A stretch of 24,000 bases of DNA, from NCBI GenBank assembly GCA_050257595.1, contig JBLMXF010000025.1:38392-62391 (forward strand). Direction: 5' to 3'. Position 1 is the first letter of the stretch; the number at the start of each line of letters is the position of its first letter. The notes under the pieces were generated by a model. It did no database searches, was not told the DNA's origin, and saw only the letters and a program-made list of their open reading frames with translations. This stretch comes from Acidobacteriota bacterium (GTDB lineage Bacteria > Acidobacteriota > Thermoanaerobaculia > Thermoanaerobaculales > Thermoanaerobaculaceae). Both the position numbers and the translations under genes were made by a program. Shown in pieces: positions 8,339 to 14,911 of the stretch.

Positions 8339-9432
8339 TGCACGGGATGGGCAAACTCGTGGTCGTGGTCGGCTCGGGGGGCGTGGGCAAGACCACCCTC
8401 GCGGCCGCACTCGGCGTGCTCTCGGCCAGGGGTGGGTCGAGCACGCTGGTCATGACCTTCGATCCATCGCTACGGTTGAAGGACGCCCTCGGGGTGGGGG
8501 ACGAGGCGCGCGTGCACGAGGTCAGGGTGCCCCTCAAGGCTTCCGGCACACTGGATGTCTCACTGCTCGATCCGCGCGACACCTTCGACCGTCTGGTCGC
8601 CCGCTACGCCCCCGACGAGGCGGCTCGCGAGCGCATCCTGCACAACCGCTTCTACGATCAGCTGTCCGGGACACTGGCCGGGATCATGGAGTACATGGCG
8701 GTCGAGCGCCTCTTCGAGGTGGCGAGCGAGAGGCGCTGGGAGAGAGTCATCCTCGACACGCCGCCGACCCGGCAGGCCATCGACTTTCTCCAGGCGCCGG
8801 AACGTATCGTCGGCTTTCTCGACTCGGGTGCGCTGCGCGTCGCGCTCAAGCCGTGGTTCGACGCGGAGGGGCGCCTGCGGCCGACCAGGCGGTTGGGACT
8901 CCTGGGCCGCAACCTGGAAGCGTTCCTCGACCGGATCGTCGGGCTCGAGGTGCTGCGCGACATGGCGGAGTTCTTCCAGGCCTTCGCACCGCTCTACGAG
9001 GGCTTCCGGAGCCGCGCGACCGAGGTTCAGGCTCTGCTTCGCGCCCCCGAGACCGAGTTCGTCCTGGTCACCGGGCCCGGCGAGGACGGCATACCCGACA
9101 CGATGTTCTTCGCCCGGCGTCTTGTCGAGGCGGGCCATCGCCTTGGTCCGGTCGTGGTCAACCGGGTCCACCCACCTGTCGCGAAGACCGTCGGCGACCG
9201 GGAGCCAGGGCAGCGTCCTTCGGTCGCCGGACTCCGTTTGCTGCGCTGGCTCGCCGAGCATGATCGGCGGGGGCTGACGGCGCTCCGCGGCCTGATGGGT
9301 TCCGGGAGACAGGTCATCGACCTGCCGTTGCTGCCCGTCGGGCCCACCGACCTCGGATCGCTCGCGGGTCTGGCGACGCTGCTCGGTGGGCGGCTGGCGG
9401 CGCGCGCCGCCGAGGTGCCAGGCAAAGGGTGA
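8338..9432 (+). CDS. ArsA/Get3-like P-loop ATPase, subunit 2 (resembles M. tuberculosis Rv3680 type)
   Basis: Start MHGMGKLVVVVGSGGVGKTTLAAALG. The signature is degenerate, as ILDTPPTRQAIDFL (no TGH). No Cys at all in 364 aa. Translationally coupled to subunit 1. Confidence 0.8.
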   Translation: MHGMGKLVVVVGSGGVGKTTLAAALGVLSARGGSSTLVMTFDPSLRLKDALGVGDEARVHEVRVPLKASGTLDVSLLDPRDTFDRLVARYAPDEAARERILHNRFYDQLSGTLAGIMEYMAVERLFEVASERRWERVILDTPPTRQAIDFLQAPERIVGFLDSGALRVALKPWFDAEGRLRPTRRLGLLGRNLEAFLDRIVGLEVLRDMAEFFQAFAPLYEGFRSRATEVQALLRAPETEFVLVTGPGEDGIPDTMFFARRLVEAGHRLGPVVVNRVHPPVAKTVGDREPGQRPSVAGLRLLRWLAEHDRRGLTALRGLMGSGRQVIDLPLLPVGPTDLGSLAGLATLLGGRLAARAAEVPGKG

Positions 9433-9531
9433 CGAGCTGGGGGTCGTTGCGTTGAGGTCGGTGGGCGCAGGCGGTATCCTGGACGTCACGGCCCACAACG
9501 GAGCGGGCGCCGCCGAGCGGGGAGGCTAGTC

Positions 9532-9960
9532 ATGGCTGCCGAGATCTTCAGCGACAAATGGGCGAAGGCGTGGGGCAAGAAGATCAACGACAACGAGAAG
9601 TACCGCAGGGCCGCGGCGAACTGGGAAGGCGCGATGGTGCTCGTCATGGGGGCCGACGCGTCATTCGGCATCGAGGCCGAGCGGGCGGTGATCGCCGACC
9701 TGTGGCACGGCCAGTGTCGCGGCGCGCACGCAGCCAAGGAGGAGGACTTCAAGGAAGCGCCCTACGTGATCAAGGGCACGCCGGCGACGTGGAAGGAGGT
9801 CCTCGCGGGCAACATCGATCCGATCTTCGGCCTCCTGCGCGGCAAGCTCAAGCTCTCCAAGGGCAGCGTCTTCTCTCTCGTCCCCTATGCGGTGGCCGCC
9901 AAGGAGCTCGTGGAATCGGCCCGGACCGTGGAGACCACCTTCCCCAAGGAGTGGGAGTGA
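9532..9960 (+). CDS. SCP2 sterol/lipid-binding domain protein
   Basis: 142 aa: FSDKWAKAWGKKINDNEKYRRAAANWEG ... GNIDPIFGLLRGKLKLSKGS ... AAKELVESA, the typical stand-alone bacterial SCP2 pattern. GGGGAGG lies 6 nt upstream. Confidence 0.8.
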   Translation: MAAEIFSDKWAKAWGKKINDNEKYRRAAANWEGAMVLVMGADASFGIEAERAVIADLWHGQCRGAHAAKEEDFKEAPYVIKGTPATWKEVLAGNIDPIFGLLRGKLKLSKGSVFSLVPYAVAAKELVESARTVETTFPKEWE

Positions 9961-10012
9961 TCTGAGCGACGTTCGCTCTCCCGGATCGCGCCGACGCCGC
10001 GCGACGGCCAGT

Positions 10013-11395
10013 CTAGCCGGTGCCGGTCCCGTGCTCGCGTGAGATCCGGTCGAGCTCCTCGAACTCGTCGTGGAAGTGGGTGACGATCATGGCGGGGTCG
10101 GGCACCAGGCCGGTATCGGCCGCGATGCCGAGTCGGACCTGGCCATTGTAGGAAAGGATGCTGACCCCCAGGCCGAGGCGTCCCGATTGCGGTACCCAGA
10201 AGAGGATGTCGCGGATCGCCACGCCGGCCATGTAGAGCTGGCGCTGGGGCCCGGGCACATTCGTCATCACGGCCGTCGCTTTGCGCGCGAAGATGCTCAC
10301 GCCGATCCCCTCGATCTCGGGACTGGCCATCCCCATCGCGTTGAGCACGCCGAAGGCCACAATGGCTTGAGGCGACTCCTTGAGCGCGTCCATTTCCTCC
10401 TTCAGTGCGCGCAGGCGGTCGAGGGGGCCCTCGGTGCCGACCGGCAGGGCGAGGAAGACGAGGCCGAATCGATTGCCGAGCTGGTCCAGCTCCTCCTCGG
10501 TGCGCAAATTGACCGGGACCACCGCCCGGATCGCCAAGCCGTCCTCCACCTTCGAGCGGCCCAGCATGTAGGTCCGCAGCGCCCCGGTGACGGCCGTCAG
10601 GAGGACGTCGTTGATGGTGGCTCCCAGCCTCTTGCTGCACGCCTTGACGTCGGACAGCGCGATCGCCTCAGACCAGGCGGCGCGCTTTGTGACACCCAGC
10701 TTGCCCTTGAACACGGTGTGGGGGTCGGAGCTCAGGAGCAGCAGCTTCCCGAGCTCACCCACGGCGCTCGCACTGTTCCGTGCCAGCTCGACCACCCGGC
10801 TCGGGTTGACGACCGCGTCCAGACCGGCGTCGAGCAGCGTCCCGCGCGGGCGCCGTCCTGTCCTGACCGCCGGGGTGGGGACGGCGGCCTCGACCCGTCT
10901 CCCGGTCGCGCGGTCAGGTTCCTCGCTGACCAAAGTGAACATCAGCTTGACCAGCGCGATCCCGTCCCCGATGCAGTGGTGGACGCGGGCGACCAATGCC
11001 GAGCCGTTGCCGTAGTTTTCGATCAAATGGAACTGCCACAACGGCTTGCTGTAGTCCAGAGGCGTGCTCATCAGCTCGCTGACCGTCTCCTGGAGCGTGC
11101 CCTGGTCGCCGGGGTAGGGGAGCGCCATCCGGCGGAGATGGGCCTTGAGCGCGAAGTGGTCGTCCTCCTCCCAGCGGGGCTTCACGAAGGGGATACGGGA
11201 CTCGACGACGCGTTGGCGGAAGCGATCGTGGAGCAGCAGCTTGTCCTCGATGACGGCCTTGAGGCGTGCGAACTCGACCTTCTGCTCGAAGGTCAACAGC
11301 GCCGTGATCGTCATCAGGTTGGTCGGGTCCTCCATCCGCAGCCACGCGCTGTCGACATTCGAAAGCGACTCGCCCCGGGAGCCCTCGTCGGCCAT
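10013..11395 (-). CDS. wax ester synthase / diacylglycerol O-acyltransferase (WS/DGAT)
   Basis: Catalytic HHxxxDG motif (ARVHHCIGDGIAL), N-terminal SAWLRMEDPTNLM and about 460 aa, all typical of the family. The start is set at ATG 11393-11395 (GGAGG 7 nt upstream) rather than the adjacent GTG at 11398. Confidence 0.88.
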   Translation of the reverse strand: MADEGSRGESLSNVDSAWLRMEDPTNLMTITALLTFEQKVEFARLKAVIEDKLLLHDRFRQRVVESRIPFVKPRWEEDDHFALKAHLRRMALPYPGDQGTLQETVSELMSTPLDYSKPLWQFHLIENYGNGSALVARVHHCIGDGIALVKLMFTLVSEEPDRATGRRVEAAVPTPAVRTGRRPRGTLLDAGLDAVVNPSRVVELARNSASAVGELGKLLLLSSDPHTVFKGKLGVTKRAAWSEAIALSDVKACSKRLGATINDVLLTAVTGALRTYMLGRSKVEDGLAIRAVVPVNLRTEEELDQLGNRFGLVFLALPVGTEGPLDRLRALKEEMDALKESPQAIVAFGVLNAMGMASPEIEGIGVSIFARKATAVMTNVPGPQRQLYMAGVAIRDILFWVPQSGRLGLGVSILSYNGQVRLGIAADTGLVPDPAMIVTHFHDEFEELDRISREHGTGTG

Positions 11396-11553
11396 CACGT
11401 GTCCTCCGCTCGGCCCGCCTCACGCCGTCGCCGGGAGCCTGCGCCGGTCGGCTCCCCGGCTGCAACCGGCAGCACGCCGAGTCATACCTGTTATCTGGAA
11501 TGATTCTACCCCTGCGCCTGGTCTCTGCACAGGGTGACGTGCGGGTTCGTCCC

Positions 11554-11570
11554 TTGCTGCAGTGCGGCAT
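11554..11570. promoter_or_regulatory. 17-bp dyad, copy A (TTGCTGC-AGT-GCGGCAT), candidate PhaR operator
   Basis: Right arm is perfect and left arm matches 5 of 7 against ATGCCGC-N3-GCGGCAT. It lies about 55 bp upstream of a minus-strand TAGAAT (plus 11503-11508) that faces the WS/DGAT gene. Confidence 0.45.
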
Positions 11571-11646
11571 GAGCCCAGAGTCGGGTCAGCGGCGCGGGTG
11601 GCTGACCGGCCGGGACGGCTGTCGTCCCACACCGAGCGCGAGCCCC

Positions 11647-11675
11647 TTGACAGGCATGCCGCAGTGCGGTATATT
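11647..11675 (+). promoter_or_regulatory. near-consensus sigma70 promoter of phaR (TTGACA-17-TATATT)
   Basis: TTGACA 11647-11652, an exact 17-nt spacer, then TATATT 11670-11675, about 78 nt upstream of the phaR ATG. Confidence 0.6.
11656..11672. promoter_or_regulatory. 17-bp dyad, copy B (ATGCCGC-AGT-GCGGTAT), candidate PhaR operator overlapping spacer and -10
   Basis: One mismatch from a perfect dyad. Its last 3 nt are the first 3 nt of the -10 hexamer. Confidence 0.55.
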
Positions 11676-11686
11676 GTGCGCGAAGG

Positions 11687-11703
11687 ATGCCGCACGGCGG
11701 CAT
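11687..11703. promoter_or_regulatory. 17-bp dyad, copy C (ATGCCGC-ACG-GCGGCAT, perfect), candidate PhaR operator over the predicted transcript start
   Basis: Perfect 7-3-7 palindrome centred 31 bp downstream of copy B. Confidence 0.55.
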
Positions 11704-11752
11704 GCTCTCGCGGCCGAGAGTGGTCCGGCGGTCGCGCGAGAGGAGAACGACG

Positions 11753-12295
11753 ATGGTCAGACTGATCAAGCGATACGGGAGCCGGAAGCTATACGACACC
11801 GAGGAGAGTCGCTACGTCCTGCTCGAGGACATCGCGGGATGGATCCGTCAGGGGCAGGACGTCCGGGTGATCGACAACAAGACGGCCGAGGACGTCACGG
11901 CCCAGACGCTGACCCAGATCATCTCCGAAGAGGGGCGGCGCGGCACCGCGGGGCTTCCCAACGACGTTCTCCACGAGCTGATCCGCTTCGGCCAGGACGC
12001 GGTGTCGAGCGGTGTTCAGAGGCTGCAGGTGGGCGTCGATCGTTTCGTTCAGGCATCGATCGACAGACTCGCGCCGATCCGCAAGGCGCGCGAAGAGATG
12101 AACGTGCTGCGGCGGCGCCTGGAGGAGCTCGAGGTGTCACTCACCCAGATGGAGATCCAGCGCGAGCCGGGGGATGGCGACGAGCCCGAGTCGCGGCCGC
12201 GGTCGACGAAACCGAAAGCTGCGTCTCGTCGGCCCCGTCGGCGGACGACCTCGCGGAGCGCGCGGCCGAAGGCAAGAACGTCGAAGAGCAGCTGA
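11753..12295 (+). CDS. phaR: polyhydroxyalkanoate synthesis repressor PhaR
   Basis: Start MVRLIKRYGSRKLYDTEESRYVLLEDIAGWIRQGQDVRVIDNKTAEDVTAQTLTQIISEE, the canonical PhaR N-terminal DNA-binding domain. GAGAGGAGA lies upstream. It has a long Arg/Lys/Ser-rich C-terminal tail. Confidence 0.88.
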   Translation: MVRLIKRYGSRKLYDTEESRYVLLEDIAGWIRQGQDVRVIDNKTAEDVTAQTLTQIISEEGRRGTAGLPNDVLHELIRFGQDAVSSGVQRLQVGVDRFVQASIDRLAPIRKAREEMNVLRRRLEELEVSLTQMEIQREPGDGDEPESRPRSTKPKAASRRPRRRTTSRSARPKARTSKSS

Positions 12296-12335
12296 GGCGA
12301 GGCACGGGGGAGACCGTCCTAAAGGCAGCGAACAG

Positions 12336-12352
12336 GCGCCGCGCCGCGGCGC
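12336..12352. promoter_or_regulatory. 17-bp dyad, copy D (GCGCCGC-GCC-GCGGCGC), core-matching operator candidate ahead of the phasin gene
   Basis: Perfect palindrome sharing the GCCGC-N3-GCGGC core with copies A-C. It lies between the phaR stop (12295) and the phasin ATG (12419). Such a GC-only dyad could arise by chance in this genome. Confidence 0.3.
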
Positions 12353-12418
12353 ATGAGACGACCGGACCGCGAACGATCGCGAGTTCCGAGACCCGGGGGG
12401 ACCCGGAGGGAGGCTGAG

Positions 12419-12844
12419 ATGAAGAAGGACAAGGCGATGGAAATGCAGAACGAGCTGCGGGAGTCGGCCCACAAGATCTGGCTCGCGGGCCTGGGCGCGC
12501 TGGCGGTGGCGGGCGAGGAGGGCAAGGCCCTGTTCCAGACCCTGGTCGAGCGCGGGGAGGAGTTCGAGTCCCGCGGCAAGACGCAGGTCGAAAAGGTGAC
12601 CGGTCGCGTCAAGGGAACCGTGAAGGACGCGACGAGCAACGTCGGGATGCTCTGGGAGCGCGTCCAGGGGGGTCTCGACGAGCAGGTCGCATCGACCCTT
12701 CACCGGCTCGGCGTGCCGACCCGTAACGAGATCTCGACCCTGAGCCGCCGGGTGGAGGAGCTCACCAAGATCATCGACAAGGACAAGAAGGCTCCGGCGA
12801 AGCGGGGTCGGAAGCCGGGCACCAGAAAGGCGAGCCGGGCCTAG
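12419..12844 (+). CDS. PHA granule-associated protein (phasin), PhaF/PhaI type
   Basis: Start MKKDKAMEMQNEL (GGAGGGAGG upstream). SAHKIWLAGLGALAV..GKALFQTLVERGEEFE and LHRLGVPTRNEISTLSRRVEELTKII match the Pseudomonas PhaF/PhaI N-domain as I recall it. It has a short basic KKAPAKRGRKPGTRK tail. Confidence 0.85.
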   Translation: MKKDKAMEMQNELRESAHKIWLAGLGALAVAGEEGKALFQTLVERGEEFESRGKTQVEKVTGRVKGTVKDATSNVGMLWERVQGGLDEQVASTLHRLGVPTRNEISTLSRRVEELTKIIDKDKKAPAKRGRKPGTRKASRA

Positions 12845-12924
12845 CAGCGGGCTGGAGAGCGAATCCGCGCGGCTGACCGGCCCATTCCGTCCGGGCCGGC
12901 GGCCTGGCCGTCGGGGGACGAGAT

Positions 12925-12964
12925 CCTGAGGGCGCCGTCGAAGAGATCGGCGCCCTCAGGCTTT
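12925..12964 (+). terminator. rho-independent terminator after the phasin gene
   Basis: Perfect 13-bp stem CCTGAGGGCGCCG (12925-12937) / CGGCGCCCTCAGG (12948-12960) with a 10-nt loop, followed by CTTT. The U-tract is short. Confidence 0.55.
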
Positions 12965-13100
12965 CGTGTGAGGTCTGCGGGCCTGGGCGCGTGAGGGAAG
13001 AACGAGAGGCGATGGGGGTCGGTCGAGGCTCCCAAGCCCCTCGCGCCGATCTGCTCTGCCACACGTCAAGAGCTGCTGACCTCAAGCCCCAACCCGGGGA

Positions 13101-14792
13101 TCAGGCGCCGCGGCGGACCGCGAGGATCACGGCGAGGACGAACAGTGGGGCCCAGAGGTACCAGGGCCGGCCGAAGGCGGCAAGGATCGCGCCGGCGACC
13201 AGGCAGAAGCCCGCGAAGAGCGTGCCGCGAACCCCGGCGAAGGGGTTCTCGGGAGCTCTCCTCGTACTGCGCTCCAGGACCCGGAGGCCCTCGGTCACGA
13301 GGAGCGGCGCCTTGACCAGTGCGTCGACGATTTCGGGCGCTCCCCGCAGCCCCTCACGAACCAGGCGCAGAGGGCTGAACTGGCCCAGGAAGATCTTCGT
13401 CACATGCGGTTGCGAGACGTCGGCCACGTCGAAGTCGGGCAGGAGGAGGTGGCCGACGCCCTCGAATGTGACGAGGGCCTTGACCATGAGCACCATCTCG
13501 ACCGGGAAGTACATGCGGAACTGTGCGCCCCGGCCGACCGACTCGAGAACCAGGTGGGCGAGCGAGACGCCTCCGAAGCTCGAGTTGCGGCGCCACCTCC
13601 GGCTGATCTCCTCGACCTCCCGGCGGAAGCCGAGCGGGTCACCGCCCGGTCCCGGGTGCGCCACCGTGGTGAGGTAGCGCGCGGCGTTCTCGGTGTCGCC
13701 GATGACCAGGCAGTAGTAGTAGTAGAGAAGCGTCCGCCGCAGGTCGTCCTCGAGCCGACCGACCATGCCAAGGTCGATGAAACCCACCTTCGTCTCACCG
13801 AGGATGATCAGATTCGCGGGGTGGAGGTCGGCGTGGAAGAAGCCATCGCGGTAGAGCATGCGGATGATCGCTGCCGCCCCGAGATCGATGAGGTGCCGTC
13901 GGGCCTCCTCGGAAAGCTCGCGGGCGCGAGGGTCGCTGGGCTTGAGCCCGTCGAGATACGCCATGCACAGCACGTTGCGGCTGCTGTACTCGCGGTAGAT
14001 CCGCGGGAAGACGATGTCCGGGAGATCCTTGAAATTGGCCGCAAACGTCTCGGCGTTGTCGGCCTCCCGGTTAAGGTCGACCTCGCGGAGGGTGTACTCG
14101 CAGAACTCGCGGATCACCTGTCGGGGTTGGAAGCGGGCCAGGAAGAGCTGTAGAAAGGCGCCCAGGACCCCAAGGAGGAAGGCATCGCGGTGAAGCGTCT
14201 CGCGGATGCCCGGCTTGACGACCTTGAGGATCACCTCATCGCCGCCGTGGGTGCGGGCCCGGTGGGTCTGGGCGATGGAGGCGGAGCCGAGCGGCTGCGG
14301 GTCGACCCACGCGAACATCTCCTCGATAGGACGCCGGAGGTCGCGGACCACGATGGCGCTGAACCGTTCGAACGGGACGACCGGGAGCCGGTCGAGCAGG
14401 TTCTTGAGCTCCTCGGTGACCGGATCAGGCAGAAGATCGGAGCGCAGCGAGAGGATCTGGCCGAGCTTGATGTAGGTGGGCCCGAGCAGCTCGAACCGAC
14501 GACGGAGCTGAACCGGGAATGCGAGATCCACGAGGCGTCGATCGACGAACAGACGACACGCCGGGGCGAGCGCGCGCAAGAGGAGAAACCGGAGGCCCCT
14601 GGCGTTGCCTTCGGCGCGGCGTCGCCGCACGTAGGCGACGAACCCGCCGAGGATGAGGCCGCTGACATGGCGGTGCGTCGTGAAGACCCGCCGCATCAGC
14701 CCGGGTGGGCGCCGGTCCGGCATGATCTCGAAGGGATCCGGCGGCTCGCCGCCCTCGCCGGCGTCGCGGCCTGGCGTGGCCTCAGTCGCCAT
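13101..14792 (-). CDS. ABC1/UbiB/AarF-family atypical kinase with C-terminal TM segments
   Basis: LGPTYIKLGQILSLRSDLLP, PLGSASIAQTHRA, ILKVVKPGI and FFHADLHPANL are the family signature blocks. Two hydrophobic helices lie at the C terminus. Confidence 0.88.
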   Translation of the reverse strand: MATEATPGRDAGEGGEPPDPFEIMPDRRPPGLMRRVFTTHRHVSGLILGGFVAYVRRRRAEGNARGLRFLLLRALAPACRLFVDRRLVDLAFPVQLRRRFELLGPTYIKLGQILSLRSDLLPDPVTEELKNLLDRLPVVPFERFSAIVVRDLRRPIEEMFAWVDPQPLGSASIAQTHRARTHGGDEVILKVVKPGIRETLHRDAFLLGVLGAFLQLFLARFQPRQVIREFCEYTLREVDLNREADNAETFAANFKDLPDIVFPRIYREYSSRNVLCMAYLDGLKPSDPRARELSEEARRHLIDLGAAAIIRMLYRDGFFHADLHPANLIILGETKVGFIDLGMVGRLEDDLRRTLLYYYYCLVIGDTENAARYLTTVAHPGPGGDPLGFRREVEEISRRWRRNSSFGGVSLAHLVLESVGRGAQFRMYFPVEMVLMVKALVTFEGVGHLLLPDFDVADVSQPHVTKIFLGQFSPLRLVREGLRGAPEIVDALVKAPLLVTEGLRVLERSTRRAPENPFAGVRGTLFAGFCLVAGAILAAFGRPWYLWAPLFVLAVILAVRRGA

Positions 14793-14911
14793 CCGGCCGT
14801 GCTCCGGTGAACGCGGCTACGCCCGAGGGTGCCTGGCAACTCATCGGGCTCAGTCTAGTCCATCGAGGCGCGCCCGCGGCGGTGTGGGCGGCCGCGGAAC
14901 CCCGGGGCAGA

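Noticed and set aside
7409-9432. Annotating the two P-loop ATPases as arsA (arsenite pump ATPase) because of proximity to the ars island
   Set aside because: They are separate single-domain proteins, lack the ArsA metalloid-binding cysteines (one Cys and zero Cys respectively) and are on the opposite strand behind an unrelated gene. They have no arsD or arsB partner, and the island uses ACR3.
10070-11503. 477-aa plus-strand ORF opposite the WS/DGAT gene, plus similar long antisense ORFs at 16553-17809, 7463-8410, 8560-9498, 22312-23298, 5555-6337, 5770-7065, 583-1263 and 3597-4892
   Set aside because: All are mirror ORFs of confidently identified genes. They show extreme Arg/Asp/Gly/His/Pro content and no family motifs.
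11687-11752. Longer PhaR starting at the ATG at 11687 (MPHGGMLSRPRVV...)
   Set aside because: That ATG lies inside dyad C and only about 12 nt after the -10 hexamer, with no Shine-Dalgarno motif. The ATG at 11753 has GAGAGGAGA upstream and starts exactly at the conserved PhaR N terminus.
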